DNA from: Marsupella aquatica
Taxonomy: Eukaryota > Plantae > Marchantiophyta
DNA: 64,000 bases
Reading direction: 5' to 3'
NCBI GenBank assembly: GCA_973895155.1
Contig: OZ316897.1
Coordinates: 12,175,832 to 12,239,831, forward strand
Under the pieces are notes generated by a model, which made no database searches, was not told where the DNA came from, and worked only from the letters and a program-made list of their open reading frames with translations. Shown one piece after another: positions 1 to 10,895 of this stretch (position 1 is the stretch's first letter; the number at the start of each line of letters is the position of its first letter). Position numbers and translations under genes: made by a program.

Positions 1-1
1 C

Positions 2-85
2 ACGGTTGCATCAGCTCCTCATCAAAACGGGGTTGCAGAGCGAAAAAATCGAACACTCCTTGAAGGTGCCCGAAGCATCCTAATC
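2..85 (+). pseudogene. Ty1/Copia integrase core fragment (5' part, interrupted by the DNA transposon at 87)
   Basis: Frame +2 reads TVASAPHQNGVAERKNRTLLEGARSILI, the Copia integrase 'PQQNGVAERKNRTL' motif. It continues in frame as SSGLSTTLWIESIRTANY after position 11814 once the insertion and one TSD copy are removed. Confidence 0.92.
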
Positions 86-86
86 A

Positions 87-111
87 AACACGATTTCGGA
101 CCGAACGAGAA
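87..111 (+). repeat. Left terminal inverted repeat
   Basis: AACACGATTTCGGACCGAACGAGAA. The subterminal motif AACGAGAA recurs at ~125 and ~11767. Confidence 0.92.
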
Positions 112-734
112 CTATTTCCTCTAAACGAGAAGTGTATTTTTATTTTCCACCGAATCTCGCAAAATCGGCAGTTTTTTTCATCAAAAATGCGTTTTTGGGG
201 AAATAATGTAATTCGTATCGGAGTTTGGATTGAAACAGCAAATTTAATAATGATCAAAACCAATGAAATTCATGCTAACAAACATTCATATTATCAAGGA
301 ACAATTAGATCCGAAAAACTTTCTCCTCGACCTCATATTCACGCTCTCCGAAGATATATGAAAGGTCTTATCTATAAATCCATATCCATGTTTCGAGCCA
401 AGTGCGATAACTGTATCGGACTCCGGATTTGAGCCACGAAAACTCCGACCCAATCTCAAGTTTCTCAGTTTTTGGATATTTACCAAAAATATTTTACATC
501 ACAGTCGATAAGAATTACTGCACGGTTCGTCAAATTTACCTTGCAGTTACCTCCGCAATTGACCAGTTACCTCCGCAAGTGACCATAGTCAACATGCCAT
601 TCTTTCAACAGCAATGCGCAGTCCGATAAAATTATCGCAAAAACTACGGGCGACAAAAATACTAGTCGACAATACTAAGATCCTTTGGTTCATCGGTTAA
701 ATTTCAAAATTCCTATCCATATGAAGAAAATTCT

Positions 735-850
735 TTGCAATACCAACATCAGATAAATTTATCTCTTCAATTTCAAAATTGCAACTTCCATATGAAGGAA
801 CCACTTTTGCAATACCAACATCAGATAAATTTATCGCTTCAATTTCAAAA
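735..850. repeat. 72-bp tandem duplication, each unit carrying the GATAAATTTATC palindrome
   Basis: TTGCAATACCAACATCAGATAAATTTATC(T/G)CTTCAATTTCAAAA at ~735 and ~807. Confidence 0.85.
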
Positions 851-984
851 CTATATAATTTTGCCACGATGCACGTGTGAGAATGAAATTGGAAATCCAA
901 GAAATATACCCTTTTCTGCTATTTTGTCGTTTAGGGTGACAGCCAGTCAAAAGTGGACACGTGGGCCAACCCCTCAACAGACAC

Positions 985-991
985 TATAAAA
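985..991 (+). promoter_or_regulatory. Putative TATA box of the transposase gene
   Basis: TATAAAA ~120-150 bp upstream of the first ATGs (1106/1136), with CACGTG just upstream at ~958. Confidence 0.45.
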
Positions 992-1135
992 GGGCCACCG
1001 CCGATAAGTTTTTGGCATCATTATCGAGAGTAGAGTTTTGGGAGTTGTGTTCTTGGAGCAGCATTCTGTCCGTTGAGCCTTTCGTTTTCCCTGATTGTGG
1101 GAGGAATGCAAAGCCCCATAGTGTCTCGGATAGCC

Positions 1136-4100
1136 ATGTCTCAATCAGACACAGATTCACCTTCCAGTTCAGTTGAATCCTCTCCTAATCTTGTCGCTCG
1201 CTGTTTGCCAAGTCGCATACTTAAAGCTCTACCTCTCTCACAGCAAATAGTGCCCAAAATCTCTGACTCAGATTCTGATGCAAGTTCTGGTCCTGAGCCC
1301 AGTGCTTACTATGTGTCGCCTAGTAAACCTGAGAAGCGTCGTCTCTTGAGCGTTCCATCGCCAAGAAATGAGAAACTTTCAATCCCAGGTTTAGGTCCGA
1401 GACGTCGCTTCAGGCCATCCATCCCGGGTTATGGAGAGGGTATCCGGCGACCGATACGCGTATCGCAGTCGGTATTCAAGTTGCCACATTCAACACAAGT
1501 TCAACGACGGATCTTTCAGTCTCCGGGTGAGGATCGGGACACAGAAATACAAAGACCGATACGGCGATCGGTCTTTGCATTGCCTGGACTGGATGTGCAA
1601 GCAAGCGAGGGAATCGGACTGCAAAGTCCAGACTCGGCCCTTTCTCGAATGGTCCGTGGGAATCGTGGTGAACAAGTGCTCAATTTTCCAGCAGCTCGCG
1701 CAGTCGTTGGGACTGCACGTGCGAATCCAGAATCTCCAAGTTCTCAAGGGCAGACTGTCATTGGTTCCAGGCTCCAAGTATCGAGGAGAGGTCTTAGTGG
1801 CGTTCGGGTTATGTATAGAGAGCCACAGAGTCCAATTGTGTTTTCAGATGAGTCGAGTGCATCGGAGAACGAAGATGAGGAAGGAGATAGAGAATCCGAT
1901 ATAATAGCACAAGTTGTGTCTGAATGTTTAGAAGGAGCTGTCGAAGAGAATAGCTATAGTCGTCTATTCAGTGCCCCTCTAAATACGTCAAGGAGATCTA
2001 TAGAGGATGGTAGCTCAGCAGAGAGTGATGCATCTATTCGCGAGGCACCTGAAGAACCCGAAAATGCCAATGTTATGAATGGATTTCAGGTTGTAGAGAA
2101 GTCAAATGAGCCTAGTAAAAAAGATAGGGACCAAATTACTAGGAAAGACAATGTGATAAATGACAAATTGAATAGAAACAAAATGAGAGAAATTCATAAG
2201 TATTCGTGTTGTGATAATTACTGTCTGCGGAATTTAGGTCTGCTAGCCGTGACGAAACAACGCACTTATTACTATGGGCTATCCTACCCAGAGAAGAACG
2301 TCCTTCTAAGAGGATGTGTGAAGGGTGGGCATGCTGGTGCAAGTGGTTACTCAGTTAGCGGTAGATCCTTTTGTCGAAGTGGTTTTAAGAAATTATTTTC
2401 ACTGGGAAATAATCGTCTCCAAAAAATCTCGCAGAACATGTTTTCTCGGATACAGATCGGTACAGTTTGTCGAGAAAAATCACCCGCACATCTTGGTCTC
2501 GTCCAATGGCTGGCTGATTTTTTTTCCACAAATGTTGAGAGTCTCCCCAACAAGGATATCTTTCATTTACCTGACAATTGGACAAAAACATAAGTTTTTT
2601 ATGCCTTCCAGTCCGAAACTCTAATGCGCCTAGAACAAGGCATGACATATTCGTGGTTTGTTTGCATTTGGAACAAGGAGTTTCCTCGCGTGCGCATCCC
2701 CAAAAGGAGCCGTTTCTCCACCTGCGTCCCGTGTACTGAATTCAAAGCACTCCGTGACAAGGCAACACTCGAAGCAGAAAAGAGTAAATTTCTAAACCTG
2801 TGTGTTACTCTCGATAATTTTATCGGGTTGAGTATTCATGTGCTTCTTCTTTGGCCATGTGAGTGAATATATCGTTTGAACAGTTTGAATACTGAACCTG
2901 ATAAATTTATCGTTGTCACAGTTTTTTATTACGGTCTTGTGTTTGAATACTGAACCCGATAAATTTATCGTTGTCAGGGTTTATCATTACGGTCTCGTGT
3001 TTGAATACTGAACCCGATAAATTTATCGCTGTCAGGGTTCAACATTGCGGTTATCATGTTTTGTCCTAAAAAAATTTATTGTTGTAGGAAAATTCTCAAC
3101 ATTGCTAAACGAGCATCGGAAGGCACAAGCAGTCGAGAGGGAGAAGTTAGCAAAGCACCGGAGCAAATGTTACAAGAGTCCGAAGAAATATTTGGGCATC
3201 TATATTGATGGAATGGATCAAAAGAAGACAGAGTTACCTCATTTCATTCGGTGTCCGAAGAATATGGATGAAAAGTATTTCATCCTCGTACACGTAGTGG
3301 GTTGTTTGATCTTCAACAAACAATTAAGTTCAAATGTTTTTTTGAACTATCCAAATATTCACAATGATAGCAACCTAACCATCCACGTTATCCAGCATAT
3401 TCTGAATACCTGGGAAGGTCTGCTCCCTCCAGTGCTTTACCTCCAGCTTGATAACACAGCTCGGGAAAACAAGAATAAATATCTTATGGCATATTTGAAT
3501 ATGTTGGTGGAGATAGGTGTTTTCCAGAAAATAAAGGTTGGTTTCCTATTGGTGGGGCACACCCATGATCAAATTGATCAAATGTTTAGCAAGTTTTCTT
3601 CAAAATTGAACAAGCGGAAAGCTTTCCGGTTGGACACTCTTTCAGCAATCATAGAGGAATCCTACAATCCTACGGCAAAGATATTTTTCGTCGACGAGGT
3701 TGCCGATTTCAAGAAATTTGTGTCAGACAAGGATCAAGCAAATGACAAGGATATGGATGGTCAGGTTCTACGTACTCTCCACGGCATAAGTGCTCAAAAA
3801 CAATTTTGGATTACTAGAGTACTCGAAGATGGAAGTGCTCGGTCCGTATTCAATGCCAAACATCTTTCAACGACAATCAATTGGGGGAGACGGTGGATTT
3901 TGTTCGGTACATTCCATCATCTGGAATGTGGGTCGCACCACAAATGGCATTGAAGTCAGCCACGGGAGCGACAGGAGACAATGAAGAGCAAGAGAATGAT
4001 GCTGAGGAACAAGATGAGTGGGCGGCTCAAAGTTATTTGTCAACTCTTCAAAAATATTGAAGAGCAATTGAAGATGGATTCAATTACTTTGACGACGCAG

Positions 4101-4696
4101 ATCGTCTATGGTGGGGTCGTTTTTTTGACAAACAAAAAGAAGTGATTCAGCACCACCTGAAACCTGCACAATGGAGTTTTGATTGGAGTTGGCCCAAGGT
4201 AAACGTACAGAGAGAACTTCCGAGTAATCCTACGGAAGCAGCAATGGAACCTAGCTTGGTTGATAAAGTAGCGGGTGTGAGGACAGTCATGTATTCCGGA
4301 AGTCGAAAAAAAGTCACGGAAATTGGAGACTTCAAGGATCTAGAGGTGAATACTAAATTTGCAATGATATGTGTAGCAGCCCATCAGGATCCCAAGGGAA
4401 GACCATTCTGGATGGCAAAAGTGACTGAGATTCTCACAAGAATTAATGACATCCCGGAGCGGATTAAAATCACTTGGTATGCAATGGATTCGGAGGAAGA
4501 GTCTGCAATTGAAGGCAAATATTATCCGGAGAAAGAGGCTTCGTCTAGCAAAGTACTGGAGGATGAATTGTCCCTATCAGAAACTATCGTTTATGCGTAT
4601 AACTTTGCGTTATTGGCAAATAGTACTCTCCCTATACAAACAAGACGAATCATTCAAAATGCAATGGAGACTGTAGTCGTTGATAGTCGAAGCTAG
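1136..4696 (+). pseudogene. Sola1-like (DUF7869-type) DDD transposase, 2 exons (1136-2783, 3088-4696), ~1,085 aa, disrupted
   Basis: Motifs CCDNYC, FSTCVPC, YIDGMDQ, LQLDNTARENKN and FLLVGHTHDQIDQMFS. A GT..AG intron at 2784-3087 joins the frames in phase 1 (K-R-KFSTLL). Lesions: in-frame TAA at 2591, a 1-bp frameshift in the G-run at ~3885, and in-frame TGA at 4058. The start could alternatively be ATG 1106. Confidence 0.85.
2875..3045. repeat. 58-bp tandem repeat (x3) inside the transposase intron, each unit with the 14-bp palindrome
   Basis: GTTTGAATACTGAACC(C/T)GATAAATTTATCG(T/C)TGTCA repeated, with palindromes at 2899, 2957 and 3015. Confidence 0.9.
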
Positions 4697-5024
4697 TTTC
4701 AGGTTTAAGTTATAATGGTTATCGTTCCCATGAATATGTACAGTGGTTATCGTTATGGGACTATGTACTCCGAAGCTATAATCATATCTTTTTTTTTAAA
4801 TAATTGCAATGACAAACCAGTTAGAGAATACAATGCTGTCCGATAAGATTATCGACAACTCCATTCCCCCAGCAGGAACACCGCGACAGTCTGATATATG
4901 CAAAGTCTGATAAATTTATCGCAATAATAAATGTGACAAAGGTTCTTCCTCATGGAATATAGAAGTCGATAAATTTATCGACAACTTCATTGGTGATTGA
5001 CATTATCCTAACGAGCACACGCAA

Positions 5025-8000
5025 CTAATCTAATAACATGTCGTTGAGATCATCCTCATTTGGTGTTCTGGGAGGCTCTTCCTCAGTTTCTTCTTGTTCC
5101 TCTTCGGTCTCCTTCACGACCTCAACTACGTAAGTCGATGTCCCGAGTACACCCAATTGGCCTGCAATTGGTGGTTGAATCTCATGACCTTCAACGCCAT
5201 GCCCTTCAATCTGGGATTCTTCATATAAATTCCAGTTTGACTCCAGAATCATGATCCGGGATTTTACAAAATCAATCTGCGCAGAACTCTTATCAACAGC
5301 ACAACCCTGGCGAGAATTAAGGAGCGTAGCAGCTAATGTCGATCCGGTTCCACAACAAAGATCAATAACCCAATCCTCTTTCTCAGAGAAATGGGAATCA
5401 AACCAAGCCCCTAAACCAACAGGCTTCTGATTTGGGTTCACAACAAATCCCAATGGATCAACGGACTTCTTGGTTACACATGGAACCTTGATGATATTGA
5501 CGCGAGACTCATCCGGTTGGAAATTGTACATGTTCATGTTCCGAATGCCTTCCTCGCTATAGAAATCTATCGACCAGTTCTCAAAACCCCACGCCAATCG
5601 AGCTCCAGCGGGACGCTCATGAATGTTAGTCTTCTCCCAGATTCCAGCCTCGACCCCACAGTTGCATACACTCTCCAGTGCAGACATCACCATATGCGTT
5701 TGTTGTAGTGAATGGATCACAACAAACCTCCACTGCTTAGCGGTCGTCATCTTTGAGAAACTTGTCAACATGTCTAAAATGTCCTTTTCTGTGAAGGCCA
5801 CTTCATCAAACTCCGAACCAGGAGCATTAAAACCATACGGAATATCCGCAACCGCAAGGGTGTAAGCCCTTGGCTGAACAAAAGAATCCAAAATTCAAAC
5901 ATCACCAACATGGAGATAGTAGGGAAAAGAATCCCTGTCTGCATTTTTCCATGTTTGTTCAAACGCTTCTGCTGTGCCCTCGCCTAAGGACCTCAGCCGA
6001 TTGTACTTATCGATTGCAGCAAGCACAAAATTCTTAAACACATAAGGGATTTCAGCTGAGGGAACAATAACCTCCCCCGTGGAATTATAAGTGACAGCCG
6101 GAACCACTTTGCTTTTCCTTTTTGAATTAATCTTCAGCTGTAAGACTGTCAGACACATCTACAGTTAGAATAGCGTGAGATGAATGCTAAAGCCGATAAA
6201 AATCTCGCGATGGAGCACGCTAGCCAATAGATGGAATCGCTTAGAAACCAACAAAGGAATGCTAAAGCCGATAAAAATCTTGCAATGGAGCACGCTAGCT
6301 GATAGATGCAATCGCTTAGAAACCAACAAAGGAATGCTAAAGCCGATAAAAATCTCGCGATAGAGCATGCTGTGAGAGGAATGCTTACCGCGTCACTCAA
6401 TTTCTCCGCCCATATGCCAAGGACCGAGACATTTGTTTTGTTGGGAAACATTTCTCTGCATGTTGCCCAATCTGGCTGACCAGATATCTGCAAAAATAGT
6501 TTCTTCACCTTGGCAAGCTTTTTCAACTTCTCACCTTCCTTGTGCATTTGATCCAAAGTGATCACCTTCCCGATAACCCTATTCAAGAGACGCTTGACAT
6601 GCTCCTTATTTGACAGTCCTTGGAGACCTCAAAATGAATTTAAGTTGAGGTCACCAGCAAGTTTATTCATTTTAATCTCCCTTACCGTCAAAGGTTTCAC
6701 CTTTCCCTTTGCGTTCGTCGTTGCCACAATTTTTTTGGGTTGTCCTAAGACAATACCTTTCTCCCACATCTGGAAAATCTGCTCCTGAAGATCCCAAATT
6801 TCACCTGTTCGGAAAGCAATTTGGAAAGCCGGATCATGTTTGGCCATGGAGTCACTAACTCCTGGCGTGTACTCCATCATGCATTCTTGACAACATGCTT
6901 CGCGGACATCTTTAGTCGAGCCCACACCCATTTCAAGGAAAATATTGTGACAAGCGCGAACTTGGTCAATTTTAGTCATGTTCTTCCGATACTCCTGGTC
7001 ATAGTTATGCTGGAAGCCTAACTTTCGGACCTCGGATCTCGTAAGCCCAGCGTAAACCCAAACTTCCAGCTCACCATATATTTGCTTCCCGTACATTTTA
7101 AACAACTTGGACTTTGCCCGAGCACCATGATTCCCTCCTCGATTCCCTCCAATAATTCTAGACTTCCATACCCTTGACTTCAGGATGTCCCAATCTGTGG
7201 TTGTGGGACAATCCTTCGGATCCACACACAGCACGAACGGGGCACTGAAGTTGGTGGGGTTTTTCATGAGAAGTATCTTGATATTTTCCACATGCAATCT
7301 ATCCACTGGTCTAATCAAAGTTGTCAAATTCCCCTCCTCATCAAATATGAGATTGTCGACATGCAGAAGCACAGTTGTCCTTTGCACCCTTCGTTGCATC
7401 AGAAGACTGAGCTCTACCTTGATCGCGTCCGTCTCATACATCGAAAGAGCCGTCTCCTCCTCCTGATCAGCCTACAAAAGCGTTGCAAATTCAATTAAGG
7501 AAAGAAACTGCGAGATTTTTATCGGAGTTCGCATTTGTTCAACATAACTCCACAATCCGCAATTCAGGAAATAAACAGCGAGATTTTTATCGGATTTCGT
7601 GTTTGTTAAACAGTACAACGACGTAGTACTTACCAATGGCGCCGCAGGAACCGCGACTGGAACTGATGGAATTGACGGAGCTCTATCTACTTCTGCAGCC
7701 ACCGTCTCAGTCCAGCCAGTCCTCTTCCTCTTTGTGCTAAGTCCAGAACCAGATGGCCCGGATCCCTCGGATCCTTTACTTTCGCTTGGTTTAACGGATG
7801 GTCCTCGATGGTTGCCCCGACCTCTCCCACTACCGCCAGTTTCCTGGCTCTTCTTCCCACCGTCAGAGGTTCCCGCGGCATCTCCCCTGCCGCTACCTCT
7901 CCCTTTCCCTTTTTCACTTCCCGAAACCCAACCAGAAGTTGTAGGTTCGTCCACGTCAATATGTGTAGAGGATTGCAATGGTTCTTTCCGCCCCGATATT

Positions 8001-8602
8001 TTATCGGCATTAGAACCACCGCTTCCACTTGAACCTGGTTTCTTGAAAACAATTTTGCGGACAGGTTTGAACTCTTCACCCACAAGTCTCTTGTACTCTG
8101 CGTTCACCCTTGGAAGCATGATGGCATCACAATCTTGCACATACTGGCCGATCCAAGCCAAACCCATAACATTCATCTCTCTTGCTGCCCGAACATTGGC
8201 AACAAGGGGATCTTCTGGATAACTGTCCATCGATTTCTCATCAAAGTTATCGAGAGTAACAATGAGAGATGTGAAACCCTTGCGCCCACACATTGTCAAG
8301 AAACTAAGGCCCTCTGTCAACACTTTTTCCTCCCCGTGGCCAACCATGAACTCGACGACGGCAACAGCAATGATAGGGCCATACGAAACATTAACCTTCG
8401 CCGATTTTTGCAATTGGACCCAAAGGATTGGGGTAACACAGTCTTCGAAACCCGTGGACTGTAATCTGGCGTCACGGAAGTACCATGACTTCTTGATACA
8501 CTTGATCTCTTCACAAATGTCTTCACTTGTCCAAATTGCATTGGTGAGGCTTGTCATGAGACTTTCTGCCTCAGCAGATCCACTCTTTCCACTAGCAGCC
8601 AT
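5025..8602 (-). pseudogene. ParB/Srx-like domain + beta-class N6-adenine/N4-cytosine DNA methyltransferase fusion, 3 exons (8602-7634, 7471-6389, 6137 or 6158-5025), ~1,055 aa, two premature TGA
   Basis: Canonical introns 7633-7472 (GTAAGT..TTTTGTAG) and 6388-6138/6159 (GTAAGC..CAG/TAG) join the ORF pieces in phase 0. Exon 2 reads LIRPVDRLHVENIK..PFVLCVDP..RIIGGN(RGGN)HGARA, which is ParB/Srx-like. Exon 3 reads LHVGDV*IL..LAVADIPYG (motif IV)..NPNQKP..DWVIDLCCGTGSTLAA (motif I); motif IV before motif I indicates beta class. In-frame TGA at 6629-6631 and 5895-5897. Confidence 0.85.
6165..6370. repeat. 75-bp tandem repeat (~x2.7) inside intron 2 of the ParB-MTase gene, each unit with a palindrome variant CGATAAAAATCT(C/T)G
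   Basis: GAATGCTAAAGCCGATAAAAATCT repeated with palindrome starts at 6194, 6269 and 6344. Confidence 0.9.
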
Positions 8603-8784
8603 GGAAAAGTTTGCAAATAAACAAATTCCAATGCAAAGAGCGATAAAATTATCGCCGCCAATCTCACAGCACATGTGGACACGACATCTCATCACACAAG
8701 GACAAAGAGATCAATAAAATTATCGCAAAAGTGAGCCTTCTTTAAATTGACGGCCGAGTGTACAGGTCAAAGAATCAGCTACGG

Positions 8785-8826
8785 AACCCTAAATCCAAAA
8801 CCTTAACCCCTAAACCTAAACCCTAA
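8785..8826. repeat. Degenerate plant telomere-like/telobox cluster
   Basis: AAACCCTAAATCCAAAACCTTAACCCCTAAACCTAAACCCTAA, ~200 bp upstream of the ParB-MTase ATG. Confidence 0.6.
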
Positions 8827-9536
8827 TCATAGTTGAACCTCGCCAGAGCGAAGCGTTCGATCCGCTTCTTGGGCCATTGGGGAATATGAGTGATGCGATG
8901 ATCATAAGCCCACAGCCAATGGAAATCAACTTCACCAGTCTCAGGATTCACTACTGCTACTGAATACCGGCGTGACAAAATGTCACAACAAGCATTTGTG
9001 CAGCATGGACAGATCTCACCATTGGCAAGGACGTTCGTCCACAGGCAACTTACATAGATCAAGTTAAAGAGCCCACAGACCGGCTGGGGGGGGAGTTGAC
9101 GAATCTTGTATGAATATAGTTTCCCACCAGTGTCAATAAAAAACTCGGTGGCAAGAGGATTGTCCAGCTCGTCAATCACATCCTGAATCTCATTGAATGC
9201 TCTACGTCTATTGTCGACATAGAATTCTGGCTCATAAGCAGGATTGCCCTTCACAACATGACAGCAGTGGAGTATAAAACGTCTTACTGCACCGGTTTTC
9301 AGAAAGAGTAGGATAACTCTTCTAGAAAATCCAACATATCTATCCCACCGAATATAAATTTCTCCCCCTACCTGATCTACGTAGAAGTGAAATGCGTTAT
9401 GGTAAAACGGTTTGACTACCAGCCTGCATATCTTTAAAATTAGTGACTCATCCAGCCTCCTTAGCTGGTCCAGCATGGCTCCATTCCCCCATTCTGGAGG
9501 ATCCGGGAAGGGTACAAAAATGCGTCGCTCGAGCAT
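8823..9536 (-). CDS. Transposon cargo protein of unknown function (237 aa, Cys cluster CPCCTNACC)
   Basis: Uninterrupted ATG-initiated ORF with globular composition, same strand as the other cargo genes. No family recognised. Confidence 0.55.
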   Translation of the reverse strand: MLERRIFVPFPDPPEWGNGAMLDQLRRLDESLILKICRLVVKPFYHNAFHFYVDQVGGEIYIRWDRYVGFSRRVILLFLKTGAVRRFILHCCHVVKGNPAYEPEFYVDNRRRAFNEIQDVIDELDNPLATEFFIDTGGKLYSYKIRQLPPQPVCGLFNLIYVSCLWTNVLANGEICPCCTNACCDILSRRYSVAVVNPETGEVDFHWLWAYDHRITHIPQWPKKRIERFALARFNYD

Positions 9537-9828
9537 GGCCTGATCACCGAATAGAAATCAGGAATAAATTTTGGAGAACATACTAATTACAATTCTACAA
9601 GTTTCATCCAACTTTAGAGTACCTTGTATAACGGGCTGTGAAGCCAATGCACTTGTCAGCTAATCGTCCGAAGAGGCGCAAAAAAATACACTCTGGACCA
9701 CACAACCCGAAGTCAGGGGAGGCAGAGTCAATTATATTCAAAGTGTTTCTTTACAAGCACCCAAAATCGACTAGAGGAATGAGGAGTGCAATAAATTTAT
9801 CGGATGTTCACTGCAATGCCTCATCCAC

Positions 9829-10377
9829 TCAGACTCGTCCATGCCATGCAAGAATTGTTCGCTTCCCGCTTTCTCCAAGATTCACCCAAACTCTAAGAAA
9901 CGCATCTAATCGGTCATACGAGAAGCACCCAAGCATATCTATGGGAGGGAGGAAATGAGTTTCCTCTCGGAAGACCCTAGCAATATGTAGGTTTGAGAGA
10001 AGGTTGGCATTAGGAATGCTTGCGAGCATTTTGTTTATGTCATTGATCTCACGGACTGCATATTTCAATAGCGCCCAAAATCGTGTACCAACAACAAGAT
10101 GGTTCCATTTCTTCGAGGTGGCTCCAAGACAAATGATTGTTCTCATTTGAGTCAGTCGTTCTTTTGGTAGAAGTTTTAGGTCAAGGCCAAGGTGTTCATC
10201 TTGTGTGCAAGACAAGGCTAGGAGGGGCCAAATGTGAGATTCAACGAGTTCATCGGGAAGTCCATTCAACAAACTTCCGCATTCCACACCGGGCACTTTT
10301 CCTCGAATATATTTCCTATGCCCGTGGGCTAAAACGGATCCCATCTTTGCAACGATTAGATTCTCCGATGCAGCCAT
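9829..10377 (-). CDS. F-box-like protein (182 aa), transposon cargo
   Basis: LLNGLPDELVESHIWPLL...TIICLGATSKKWNHLV fits the F-box pattern LPDE(L/I)..I..L...L..VSK.W..L, with an insertion. Confidence 0.6.
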   Translation of the reverse strand: MAASENLIVAKMGSVLAHGHRKYIRGKVPGVECGSLLNGLPDELVESHIWPLLALSCTQDEHLGLDLKLLPKERLTQMRTIICLGATSKKWNHLVVGTRFWALLKYAVREINDINKMLASIPNANLLSNLHIARVFREETHFLPPIDMLGCFSYDRLDAFLRVWVNLGESGKRTILAWHGRV

Positions 10378-10565
10378 GAAGCAGAGCTACCAAAACCACC
10401 AATAAAAATACCTTCAATCACCAGGTGTAACCAAACACAGTACCAGCCATGCACGACAGTTTAACGATTAGGACTCGTGACGTATTATATTCGCTGCGCA
10501 AGGGTAGGACTTGTTTATTTAAATATGTCCTTCCAAGATGCGCCTCAATGAAAAGGTCGAAACAC

Positions 10566-10895
10566 TCATCGTGAAAGGTTCACCCAAGGGTCTTCGTTCC
10601 AAATCTTACAACAGAAGTGAGCCTGTTTGTGGTACTTGTTATCAAGACGACGACAACAATAGTTACAAGAAAACTCCAAAGAATGTAAACACGCCGTTAA
10701 CATCAACCTCGAACGAATTGGAACTCCTGCATCATTCATTCTGCAGAATTCAATACGGAGAGGATTCTGCCTATCTCCAGGATCAGTACCACCCATCCAC
10801 AATGCTCCTATACCGATGGGGAGAACTTTGAGTCGCACGAGTCTCTTGTACAACCGGCGTGCACGTTTGACACGATTTTCAAGGAAGATAGCCAT
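10566..10895 (-). CDS. Small Cys/His-rich cargo ORF (109 aa), possibly the 3' exon of a longer gene
   Basis: ORF with CNYCC..H..H.CC, co-oriented with the other cargo ORFs and bounded by palindrome-bearing spacers. Confidence 0.3.
   Translation of the reverse strand: MAIFLENRVKRARRLYKRLVRLKVLPIGIGALWMGGTDPGDRQNPLRIEFCRMNDAGVPIRSRLMLTACLHSLEFSCNYCCRRLDNKYHKQAHFCCKIWNEDPWVNLSR

Noticed and set aside
2875-3045. Palindrome-containing repeats with short intervening sequences resembling a CRISPR array
   Set aside because: The intervening sequences are near-identical (simple tandem repeat), the array lies in a spliceosomal intron, and there are no cas genes.
5025-5891. Bacterial contamination or a restriction-modification system
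   Set aside because: The MTase gene has spliceosomal introns and lies inside a TIR element nested in a plant Copia. No restriction endonuclease is recognisable.
6149-6388. Repetitive hydrophobic peptide (ACSIARFLSALAF x3) suggesting a membrane protein
   Set aside because: It is the translation of the 75-bp intronic tandem repeat.
7599-8717. Plus-strand ORFs of 207, 151 and 109 aa
   Set aside because: Antisense shadows of exon 1 of the ParB-MTase gene.
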